From: Armatimonadota bacterium | GTDB taxonomy: Bacteria; Sysuimicrobiota; Sysuimicrobiia; Sysuimicrobiales; Humicultoraceae | Length of the DNA stretch: 35,139 bases | NCBI GenBank assembly: GCA_037446215.1 | Contig: JBBIJB010000012.1 | Span: 1-35,139 of the forward strand | Reading direction: 5' to 3' | In this document: in pieces, positions 27,545 to 35,139 of the stretch | How positions within the stretch are numbered: position 1 is the first letter of the stretch | Layout: each line of letters begins with the position of its first letter | Translations under genes and position numbers: made by a program | The notes under the pieces: model-generated | The model's input: only the letters and a program-made list of their open reading frames with translations | The model's database searches: none | Told to the model about the DNA's origin: nothing

Positions 27545-28668
27545 AGCGGCTTGCGATACTGGGGTCGACGGGCAGCATCGGGCGCGCCGCCCTCGAGGTC
27601 GCCGAGCACCTGGGAGACGTCGAGGTCATCGGAATATGCGCGAATAGCGACTACCGTGTCCTTTCCGAGCAGGCGCGGCATTGGAGGCCGCGCGTCGTTG
27701 CAGTCGCGCATGAGCCTGCGGCCAGGGAGCTTCGCCCGCTCCTGCCGGATGGAGTCGCCCTTCTGGCCGGTCCGGACGCCGCCTCCGAGTTGGCGGCCAT
27801 GCCGGGGATCGATCTCGTGCTGGTCGCCGTTGTCGGCTCGGCCGGGCTGCGCCCGACCCTTGCGGCGCTGGAAGCGGGACGTGACGTCGCGCTGTCGAAC
27901 AAGGAGGCGCTCGTCGCAGGGGGGCATCTTGTGGCCGCCGCGCGTGAGCGAGGCCGGGCCCGGCTTCTTCCCGTCGACAGCGAGCACAGCGCCATAGCGC
28001 AGTGCCTCCTCGGCGAGGACCCTGGATCCGTGCGACGCCTGATCCTAACCGCTTCGGGCGGGCCGTTCCTCGATCGGCCGGTGGCCGACCTGCGCGCGGT
28101 GACGGTATCAGAGGCACTGACCCACCCCACCTGGAACATGGGGCGGAAGATCACCATCGACTCCGCGACGCTGATGAACAAGGGGCTGGAAGTCATCGAG
28201 GCGCACTGGCTGTTCGGTACTCCGGCAGAGCGGATAGATGTAGTGATCCACCCGCAGAGCCTGGTCCATTCGATGGTGGAGTTCGAGGACGGCTCCACGA
28301 TCGCGCAGTTCGGGCGTCCTGACATGCGCGGCCCGATACAGCACGCGCTCACCGGCATGATCCGGCGCGGCAGCTTGGTCGCTCCGATGGAATGGGGCGG
28401 GGTCGAGATGTCGTTTAGAGTTCCGGAGCGTGAGAGGTTCCCGGCGCTGTGGCTGGCGCGCGCCGCCCTTGAGCAGGGCGGCACGGCGCCGGCGGCCTTG
28501 AACGCTGCGAATGAGGTTGCGGTCTCCCGGTTCCTTGATGGGCGGCTCGCGTTCCCGGCGATAGCAGAGGTGGTCGAGGCGGTACTGGACCGCCACAGGC
28601 CGGTGCCTCTGCCTTCCCTCGAGGAGGTGCTGGGGATGCGTGGGCCCGGAGCAGGGCGGAGGAGATAG
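27541..28668 (+). CDS. dxr: 1-deoxy-D-xylulose-5-phosphate reductoisomerase; last helix probably frameshifted (native end probably 28685)
   Basis: LGSTGSIG, LSNKEALV, PVDSEHSAI, LTASGGPF, HPTWNMGRKITIDSATLMNKGLE.IEA, LNAANEVAV. Confidence 0.95.
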   Translation: MKRLAILGSTGSIGRAALEVAEHLGDVEVIGICANSDYRVLSEQARHWRPRVVAVAHEPAARELRPLLPDGVALLAGPDAASELAAMPGIDLVLVAVVGSAGLRPTLAALEAGRDVALSNKEALVAGGHLVAAARERGRARLLPVDSEHSAIAQCLLGEDPGSVRRLILTASGGPFLDRPVADLRAVTVSEALTHPTWNMGRKITIDSATLMNKGLEVIEAHWLFGTPAERIDVVIHPQSLVHSMVEFEDGSTIAQFGRPDMRGPIQHALTGMIRRGSLVAPMEWGGVEMSFRVPERERFPALWLARAALEQGGTAPAALNAANEVAVSRFLDGRLAFPAIAEVVEAVLDRHRPVPLPSLEEVLGMRGPGAGRRR

Positions 28669-28684
28669 TTGGAGGCATGAGGTG

Positions 28685-29710
28685 ATGGCTGTGTCGAGTG
28701 TGCTGGCCGCAGTGGTGGCGTTCGGGGCGATGATCCTGTTTCACGAGTTGGGCCACTTCCTCGCCGCCCGCAGGGCAGGCGTCGGGGTGCGTGCCTTCGG
28801 GATCGGGTTCGGCCCGGCGATCCTCAAGTGGAGGCGGGGCGAGACCGACTACTCGCTGAACCTCGTGCCCCTGGGCGGATACGTCAACATGGAAGGCGAG
28901 GACGCCCACTCCCAGGAGAGCGAGCGCAGCTTCGGCTCCAAGGGCGTCGCGGCGCGGATGGGGATCATCGCCGCAGGGCCCGCGATGAACCTGGTACTGG
29001 CGGTCCTGATCCTTGCGATAGCGGCCGGGACCGGAGGAGTGCCGCTGGGTGTCAGCACGCGGGTCGGGACGATGGAGGCCGGTTGGCCTGCCGCGGCCGC
29101 AGGGATCCTCCCGGGGGACGAGATCGCGGCCATCGACGGCATCCCGATGGAGAGCGGAGACCAGGTGATCTCCACGATCCACCGCAGCCCCGGTAGGTCC
29201 CTGGTCCTTACCGTGAGGAGGGGGCCGGATGAGCTGTCGTTCACGGTGACCCCGCGCCTCGACGAGGCGAGGGGGGTGGGCAGGATCGGCTTCTCACCGG
29301 AGCCGGTCTGGAAGCGCCTGAATCCAGCGGCGGCAGTGGCCTGGGGCGGCCAGAGAGCGGCCCAGCTGGTGGTCCTGCTGCTGGGCGCGATGGGCTCCCT
29401 GGTTCGGGAGGGTAAGTTCTTTGACAGCCTGGGGGGCCCAGTGGCCGCCGGGAGCATTCTCGCGCAGGCCGCCCGCTCGGGCGCTCAGAACTTCCTGCAC
29501 ATGGCCGCGTTCCTCAGCATAATCATCGGCGTGTTCAACCTGCTTCCCATACCCGCTCTCGACGGGGGCCGGCTGGCCTTCCTGGCGCTCGAGGGGATCC
29601 GGAGGCGCCGGATCGATCCCCGCAGCGAGGGGCTCATCCACACGGTCGGCTTCATGCTGCTGCTCCTCCTGCTGGCCACGCTGACCGTTAGGGACGTGCG
29701 CCGCCTGTGA
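28685..29710 (+). CDS. rseP: Site-2 intramembrane metalloprotease RseP (M50 family, one PDZ domain)
   Basis: HELGH, IGFGP, PLGGYV, AGPAMN, PDZ PA..AGILPGD.I.AIDG, NLLPIPALDGG; SD GGAGG at 28671-75. Confidence 0.95.
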   Translation: MAVSSVLAAVVAFGAMILFHELGHFLAARRAGVGVRAFGIGFGPAILKWRRGETDYSLNLVPLGGYVNMEGEDAHSQESERSFGSKGVAARMGIIAAGPAMNLVLAVLILAIAAGTGGVPLGVSTRVGTMEAGWPAAAAGILPGDEIAAIDGIPMESGDQVISTIHRSPGRSLVLTVRRGPDELSFTVTPRLDEARGVGRIGFSPEPVWKRLNPAAAVAWGGQRAAQLVVLLLGAMGSLVREGKFFDSLGGPVAAGSILAQAARSGAQNFLHMAAFLSIIIGVFNLLPIPALDGGRLAFLALEGIRRRRIDPRSEGLIHTVGFMLLLLLLATLTVRDVRRL

Positions 29711-29726
29711 GCCCCCAGGTCCGCCC

Positions 29727-30845
29727 ATGACTGCGGATCCGACCGCCCCCCGACAGCTGACGCGCCCTGTGAGGGTCGGGGACATCACGGTCGGAGGGGG
29801 TGCCCCGGTCTCGGTCCAGTCGATGACCACCACGGACACCCGGGATGTCGATGCGACCGTCGCGCAGATCTACGGCCTGGCGGTCGAAGGCTGCGAGATA
29901 GTGCGCGTCGCGGTTCCGGATCAGGAGGCCGCGCGGGCAATAGCCGAGATCCGGCCCCGTAGCCCGCTGCCCGTGGTGGCCGACATCCACTTCGACCACA
30001 GGCTTGCGCTGATCGCGCTGGAGTCCGGGGCCGACAAGCTTCGCATCAACCCCGGCAACATCGGGGGCAGGGCGCGCACCCGCGTCGTGGCCCGGGAGGC
30101 CAAGGCCAGGGGGGTACCGATCCGCGTCGGGGCCAACGTGGGCTCGCTCTCCAAGAAGGCCCTGCGGGCCCACGGAGGGCCTTGCGCCGACGCGCTCGTC
30201 GCCTCAGCCCTCGAGGACGTCGAGGTCCTAGAGGAGCTGGGCTTCCACGATATCGTCATCTCGGTCAAGGCCTCGGACGTACCGATGATGATCGATGCCT
30301 ACACCGTGATGAGCGAGCGGACGCGCTACCCTCTGCACCTCGGGGTGACCGAGGCCGGCACCGCATGGGCGGGCGGGCTTCGTTCAGCTGTGGGTATCGG
30401 AACCCTGCTCGCCAGGGGTATCGGCGACACCATACGCGTCTCCCTCGCTGCCGACCCGGTCGAAGAGGTGCGGACGGCCTATGAGATCCTGAAGAGCCTG
30501 GGGCTGCGCACAAGGGGGGTTCAGTTCATCGCCTGTCCGTCCTGCGGCCGCGCCGAGGTGGAGATAGTCGCCATTGCGCTCGAGGTGGAGCGGCGTCTTC
30601 GCGGTATCCCGGCGCCGGTGAAGGTGGCGGTGATGGGGTGCGCGGTGAACGGGCCCGGCGAAGCCAGGGTGGCCGACGTCGGCATTGCCTGCGGGAGGAA
30701 GATGGGGCTGCTCTTCCGGGATGGTAAGGTGGTGGCCAGCTTGCCCGAGGACCGCCTCGTGGAGGCGCTCGTGGAGAGCGCCTGGGAGATAGCACGCGAG
30801 AGGTACGGCGCCGCGCAAGCGTCGCCGAAGGGCTGGAGGCGATGA
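29727..30845 (+). CDS. ispG: HMBPP synthase
   Basis: VQSMTTTDT, ADIHFD, RINPGNIG, PLHLGVTEAG, GDTIRVSL, CPSCGR, MGCAVNGPGEA. Confidence 0.97.
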   Translation: MTADPTAPRQLTRPVRVGDITVGGGAPVSVQSMTTTDTRDVDATVAQIYGLAVEGCEIVRVAVPDQEAARAIAEIRPRSPLPVVADIHFDHRLALIALESGADKLRINPGNIGGRARTRVVAREAKARGVPIRVGANVGSLSKKALRAHGGPCADALVASALEDVEVLEELGFHDIVISVKASDVPMMIDAYTVMSERTRYPLHLGVTEAGTAWAGGLRSAVGIGTLLARGIGDTIRVSLAADPVEEVRTAYEILKSLGLRTRGVQFIACPSCGRAEVEIVAIALEVERRLRGIPAPVKVAVMGCAVNGPGEARVADVGIACGRKMGLLFRDGKVVASLPEDRLVEALVESAWEIARERYGAAQASPKGWRR

Positions 30846-31516
30846 TACCGCTAAGAGACAGCACGCGCTCCCGCTCGGTCCCCGTGGTGGCCTACGCGCT
30901 TGTCGCGGCCTCGGTGGCTTCCTTTCTCTACACGCTCGGGCTGGGGTCAGAGGAAGCGGTAGTTGCGCACTTCCAGACCTACGGGGCCGTCCCGGGAGTC
31001 GTCACAGGGGGCCCATGGCCGGGGTCGTGGGTCGGGTTGCTGACTTCGATCTTCCTCCACGGGAGCTGGATGCACCTTGGCTCGAACATGCTCTACCTCT
31101 GGATCTTCGGTGACAACGTCGAGGATGCAATGGGTCACGCCGGATTCCTCCTCTTCTACCTGCTATGCGGCGTGATCGCGTCGCTGGCGCACGTCGCCGC
31201 CTATCCCGGCTCGCCTGTCGCGCTCGTCGGAGCCAGCGGGGCGATAGCCGGTGTGCTCGGGGCATACCTGGTCCTCTACCCGCGCGCCAGGATCCTCTCG
31301 CTGCTGATCTTCGGGTTCTTCATAAGGCTCGCTGAGATGCCGGCCGCGGTGGTGCTGTCCCTGTGGTTCCTGCTGCAACTGCTGCAGGGCTTCGTGACCC
31401 TCGGGGTCCCCGAGACCACTGCCGTGGCCTGGTGGGCTCACATAGGGGGATTCGTCGCAGGGGTGGTGCTGGTTCCGCTGTTCGCGCGCCGACGCGCCGG
31501 CGGGGCCTTCAGATGA
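30842..31516 (+). CDS. Rhomboid family intramembrane serine protease
   Basis: MIPLRD, FLHGSWMHL.SNM.YLWIFGDNVED, catalytic VGASGAI, VAWWAHIGGF; ATGA overlap with ispG. Confidence 0.93.
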   Translation: MIPLRDSTRSRSVPVVAYALVAASVASFLYTLGLGSEEAVVAHFQTYGAVPGVVTGGPWPGSWVGLLTSIFLHGSWMHLGSNMLYLWIFGDNVEDAMGHAGFLLFYLLCGVIASLAHVAAYPGSPVALVGASGAIAGVLGAYLVLYPRARILSLLIFGFFIRLAEMPAAVVLSLWFLLQLLQGFVTLGVPETTAVAWWAHIGGFVAGVVLVPLFARRRAGGAFR

Positions 31517-31564
31517 GCAGGCAGGGCCCCCCGCCCGAGGCCGCTTCCCCGGTCCCCTTTCATC

Positions 31565-31573
31565 TGGTATAGT
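31565..31573 (+). promoter_or_regulatory. Putative extended -10 promoter (TGgTATAGT) for the MAT gene
   Basis: TG-n-TATAGT in an AT-rich patch; SD GGAGG at 31605-31609, 6 nt before ATG 31616. Confidence 0.6.
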
Positions 31574-31615
31574 TTGGCGCGTGGCCCTGGACCGGGCCGC
31601 TGAGGGAGGGTGAGA

Positions 31616-32821
31616 ATGCGCAACATCACAGTGGACGTCCTGGCCCGCACCCCAGTGTTTGCGCACCAGGTCGAGATCGTCGAGCGTAAGGGCATCGGAC
31701 ATCCTGACTCCATCTGCGACGCGATAATGGAGCGGGTCTCGATAGCGCTCAGCCGCGAGTACCTCCAACGGTTCGGTCGGATCCTCCACCACAACATTGA
31801 CAAGGCCTTCCTGGTTGCTGGTGGGGCTGAGATCCGACTCGGTGGAGGTGCCGTGACCGATCCGATGAGGTTGATCTTCGGCGACCGCGCGACCGCGCTG
31901 ATCAACGGGGAAGAGGTGCCGGTGCACGACATCGCCGTGGATACCGCGAAGGCGTGGATCAGCGAGAACCTCCGCTTCGTGGACCCAGAGCAGCACGTCC
32001 TCTACGACGTACAGATCAAGCCGGGTGCCCCGGAGCTCGTCGACATATTCCAGCGCGGCGGCGTGCCGAGGGCGAACGACACCTCGGCGGCCGTCGGCTA
32101 CGCGCCGCTCACGCCCACTGAGCAGGCGGTCCTCGAGATCGAGAGGATGATGAACTCGCGCACCTTCAAGCAGCACTTCCCCGAGGTCGGGGAGGATATC
32201 AAGGTCATGGGATTCCGCAGGGGCGCGGAGCTTCACATGACCGCGGCCGTAGCGTTCGTTGACAGGTACGTGGACTCCGAAGCGCAGTACTTCCGCCGCA
32301 AGGGAGAGCTGCACGACGCCGTCATGGAGAGGCTGAACACGGTCGAGGGGTTTGAGGCCCGGCACTTCTACCTCAACACCCTCGACGAGCCCGGGCGCGG
32401 CATCGGCGGGATGTACCTCTCCGTAACCGGTACCTCGGCCGAGAGCGGAGACTCCGGCCAGGTCGGGCGCGGGAACAAGGTCAACGGCGTGATCGCCTTG
32501 AACCGGCCGATGGGAACGGAGGCGGCCGCCGGCAAGAACCCCATCTCCCACGTGGGCAAGATCTACACGATAATGACTCACCAGGTGGCCAACACGATCC
32601 ATAGGGAGGTCAGCGGGATCGAAGAGGTCTACGTCTGGATGTTGAGCCAGATAGGATCACCGATCGACCACCCGAAGGTGACCGCGGTTCAGATGGTGCT
32701 GTCGCCGCGCGCGCGGCGCAGCACGGTTGAGAAGCGCGTCAGGGAGATCCTGGACTACGAACTGGCCAACATCCACCGCCTCACCCAGGAGCTGGCCGAG
32801 GGGCGGTACACGGTCTGCTGA
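31616..32821 (+). CDS. mat: Methionine adenosyltransferase, archaeal type
   Basis: EIVERKGIGHPDSICD, ILHHNIDK, ANDTS..VGYAP, GEDIKVMG.R, TGTSAESGDSGQVGRGN, EAAAGKNP.SHVGKIY, LSQIG.PID.P. Confidence 0.92.
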   Translation: MRNITVDVLARTPVFAHQVEIVERKGIGHPDSICDAIMERVSIALSREYLQRFGRILHHNIDKAFLVAGGAEIRLGGGAVTDPMRLIFGDRATALINGEEVPVHDIAVDTAKAWISENLRFVDPEQHVLYDVQIKPGAPELVDIFQRGGVPRANDTSAAVGYAPLTPTEQAVLEIERMMNSRTFKQHFPEVGEDIKVMGFRRGAELHMTAAVAFVDRYVDSEAQYFRRKGELHDAVMERLNTVEGFEARHFYLNTLDEPGRGIGGMYLSVTGTSAESGDSGQVGRGNKVNGVIALNRPMGTEAAAGKNPISHVGKIYTIMTHQVANTIHREVSGIEEVYVWMLSQIGSPIDHPKVTAVQMVLSPRARRSTVEKRVREILDYELANIHRLTQELAEGRYTVC

Positions 32822-32862
32822 GAGCCCCGAGCCCCGGGTGACCCAGGGTACGGAGGGAAGGT

Positions 32863-33147
32863 ATGCCGCTCTACGAGTACAGGTGCGCGGACTGCCACCG
32901 GCTGTTCGAGCACTATCATTCCGTCGGCGAGCCGGCGCCGGGATGCCCGAGCTGCGGGGGCCAGGCGCGTAAGGTCTACTCCTCGGTCGGGCTGATCTTC
33001 AAGGGAAGCGGGTTTCACACGACCGACTATCGCCGAAGCTCGGGGTCCGGAAACGGCGACTCGGGCCCCGCCTCCAAGGACGGGGGCCGGGAGAGCGCGG
33101 CCGCACCAGCGGAATCCGCGGCCACCTCGTCGCCTCCCAAGACCTAG
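32863..33147 (+). CDS. FmdB-family zinc ribbon protein
   Basis: MPLYEYRCADC...CPSCGG...IFKGSGFHTTDY with a low-complexity tail; SD GGAGG. Confidence 0.9.
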   Translation: MPLYEYRCADCHRLFEHYHSVGEPAPGCPSCGGQARKVYSSVGLIFKGSGFHTTDYRRSSGSGNGDSGPASKDGGRESAAAPAESAATSSPPKT

Positions 33148-33159
33148 ACCGGGCGGGCG

Positions 33160-34848
33160 ATGCCCGGCGAGGACTGCCAGACGCGTCGGCCTCGCCCCCG
33201 CCGGTGCCGCCTTGCCCTGCTCGCTGCCGCCGGCAGCCTTGTGGCCCTGACCACAGCCGCCCTGGCCCCACCCGCTTCCGGCGGCGTTCCCACCCCGGAG
33301 CCGATACGTGTCGTGGCCGCAGGGTTCGCGGGACTCACCCGGCCAGGCGCTTGGACCCCTGTTTGGGTGGAGGTGTCCGCTCCACCCGCGGGGATCGACG
33401 GGCGCGTGGTGGTGGAGTCGACCACCCACCCAGGGGGCGCAACGGTCGGCTTCGCGGCGCCGGTGAGGGCCGGTGGCGGCGCGACGGTTCGCGCCTTCAT
33501 CCTCGCGGCGATCTACGACGCGCGCCTCCCCGGTACGGTCCACCTGGAGCAAGGCGGTAGGCGCGTCGCATCGACGCCGATCCCGGCCCTCCGGCCGGTC
33601 GAGGGCGTGATAGCCGTGCTCTCGGCCGCTCCGGTAGCGCAGGACCTCCGCGCAGCCCGACTCGGGGGCCTGGATCTTGCCTACCTCGACCCAGAGCTGC
33701 TGCCGCCGGCCTGGCAGGCCTACGAGGCGGTGCGGCTGCTCCTGGTGCGAGACCTGGACGAGCGCAGGATCGACGACCTCCGCCGCTCGGCGCTGCTCCA
33801 CTGGGTGTGGACGGGCGGTCAGGTGGCCGCGGCGCCTTCGGGCGATGCAACGGCTCACCTGCGTGGCCCGACCGTCGGCCCGCTGCTCGGTATGGCACAG
33901 GAGGGTAGGATCGGTCGGGGCAGGGTGCGGCTCGTCTCCGGTGACCCGGCCGACGCCGCCACGCTGCGGGAGTGGGACCTTGTGATGAGGTCAGCCCTCA
34001 ACCCCAAGCCGGCCTCCGAGGCGCCGGGCCTGGGCGAGGCGCTCGGATCCGACCTCCCGGTCTCGGCCGCGACCCAGATCTGGGTGGCGGCGCTCCTGCT
34101 GACATACGTGATTGGTGTGCGTAGCGTGAGCAGGCTCGCCTCGGGGCGCTTCCCGCTCTCGCTCGCAGCGCTGATCATCTACGTTACCGCGGCTTCCCTG
34201 GTTGGCCTCTGGCTCTCCGGGGTCGTGCGGCGCGGCTCCGAGGGAGCAGTCGCGGCCGCGGTCGTGGAGGCGATCCCCAGAACGGACCATGGGCTGCTCA
34301 CGCTTGCGGCGCGCACGGTCTCCCGCGAGCGCGGCGAGTACAGACTCACGACCTCCTCGGCGCTCCCTATCCGCCCTGTTCCGCCCGCGCCACTGCTCAT
34401 CGAGCACGGAGAGCGGACGGCCGTACTGGGGCTTCGTAGCGGGATCCTGATTGGGGGAACGGCCGTGATTCCCGCGCCCGTCGGTGGGACCCTTGACGCC
34501 AGGACCGGGGCCGTCGCAATCTCCAACCGGTCCGGGCGCAGGGTGGAGGAGGCCTGGCTGTATCGGTCAGGGCGCGTGCAGCGCCTGCCCGCCGTGCCTG
34601 CCGTGCCTGCCGGCGCGTCCTTCGTGCCTGACGAGGGGAGCTGGCGTCCGGTGGGCCGCCTCCGCCGCTCGGACGTCGCGGACGCGTCGCTCCTCTGGGC
34701 GTTCTCCCGCCTGGAGGCCGATGATATACTTAGAGGGAGTTCGGCTTGGATCGTGGGGCTGTGGCGCGAACCCTCGGCTGCCGTCCGTTGGGACGGCCGC
34801 GCAGAGCCATCGAGATCGGTCCTGATAGTCCCGCTGGTCGCGCCCTGA
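33160..34848 (+). CDS. Hypothetical exported/membrane protein
   Basis: 562-aa ORF with signal-like N-terminus, GF.G..RPGAWTPVWVEV segment, an alpha/beta region ending AL..WV..GG, two central TM helices and a beta-rich C-terminus. Confidence 0.7.
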   Translation: MPGEDCQTRRPRPRRCRLALLAAAGSLVALTTAALAPPASGGVPTPEPIRVVAAGFAGLTRPGAWTPVWVEVSAPPAGIDGRVVVESTTHPGGATVGFAAPVRAGGGATVRAFILAAIYDARLPGTVHLEQGGRRVASTPIPALRPVEGVIAVLSAAPVAQDLRAARLGGLDLAYLDPELLPPAWQAYEAVRLLLVRDLDERRIDDLRRSALLHWVWTGGQVAAAPSGDATAHLRGPTVGPLLGMAQEGRIGRGRVRLVSGDPADAATLREWDLVMRSALNPKPASEAPGLGEALGSDLPVSAATQIWVAALLLTYVIGVRSVSRLASGRFPLSLAALIIYVTAASLVGLWLSGVVRRGSEGAVAAAVVEAIPRTDHGLLTLAARTVSRERGEYRLTTSSALPIRPVPPAPLLIEHGERTAVLGLRSGILIGGTAVIPAPVGGTLDARTGAVAISNRSGRRVEEAWLYRSGRVQRLPAVPAVPAGASFVPDEGSWRPVGRLRRSDVADASLLWAFSRLEADDILRGSSAWIVGLWREPSAAVRWDGRAEPSRSVLIVPLVAP

Positions 34849-34868
34849 CAGAGTGCCGAGGAGCGACG

Positions 34869-35139
34869 GTGCTGGCGCCAGACGCGGTCGCGCGAGGTGA
34901 TCTGCGCGCGAGGCTGGGGAGTTCCCAAGGGGTGCTCGTCCAGACGGTCTACCTCGGCGCCTGGGCCGCCTTCACAGTGCTCTCGCTTCCCGCCGGGGGT
35001 GGGCGGCTCGGCCTGGACGACGCCGACTGGCAGCTCGAGTCGCTCCTGCGGGAGCGGGACTTCGGCCTCTGGGCGGGGCTTCCGCCGAAGAAGGTGAAGA
35101 AGCGCTTCAAGTACAGCTACCGGGAGAAGAAGCGCCACA
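34869..35139 (+). CDS. Partial ORF running off the window: ABC-permease-like N-terminus joined to a histidine-phosphatase-like segment
   Basis: SD GAGGAG at 34858-63, GTG at 34869. Manual translation MLAPDAVARGDLRARLGSSQGVLVQTVYLGAWAAFTVLSLPAGGGRLGLDDADWQLESLLRERDFGLWAGLPPKKVKKRFKYSYREKKRH with no stop; absent from the ORF track. Confidence 0.55.
   Translation, partial: MLAPDAVARGDLRARLGSSQGVLVQTVYLGAWAAFTVLSLPAGGGRLGLDDADWQLESLLRERDFGLWAGLPPKKVKKRFKYSYREKKRH

Noticed and set aside
34591..34608. 9-bp tandem duplication GCCGTGCCT x2 (AVP AVP)
   Set aside because: Small in-frame duplication in a loop with no sign of function.
1..35139. CRISPR arrays, tRNA/rRNA genes, IS elements
   Set aside because: None seen; intergenic gaps are short and show no repeat-spacer, cloverleaf or transposase signature.

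Overview
High-GC bacterial chromosomal window made of a conserved housekeeping backbone with one interruption. The backbone is trmD-rplS-lepB-rnhB-yraN ... comM-dprA-topA-xerC-rpsB-tsf-pyrH-frr-(small PASTA-like ORF)-uppS-cdsA-dxr-rseP-ispG. After it come a rhomboid protease, an archaeal-type methionine adenosyltransferase, an FmdB-type zinc ribbon, a membrane protein and a truncated, apparently chimeric ORF at the right edge. Between yraN and comM lies a ~13.8 kb block with two divergent units. On the minus strand is a tightly coupled 10-gene heme operon (regulator-hemC-hemD-hemB-hemA-hemL-radical SAM-hemE-hemH-hemY), and on the plus strand a TAXI-type TRAP transporter. The best candidate for an undescribed system is the head of the heme operon: a BldC-like winged-HTH fused to a helical, possibly globin-like domain, with three ~10-bp phased direct repeats over its putative promoter. 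The same operon has no recognisable coproheme decarboxylase (ChdC/HemQ) and instead carries an AhbD/NirJ-like radical SAM protein with Cys-to-Ser changes. Other observations are an extended structured rpsB leader, a probable dxr C-terminal frameshift and a probable chimeric junction near 35,000. All calls come from reading motifs by eye; no searches were run.
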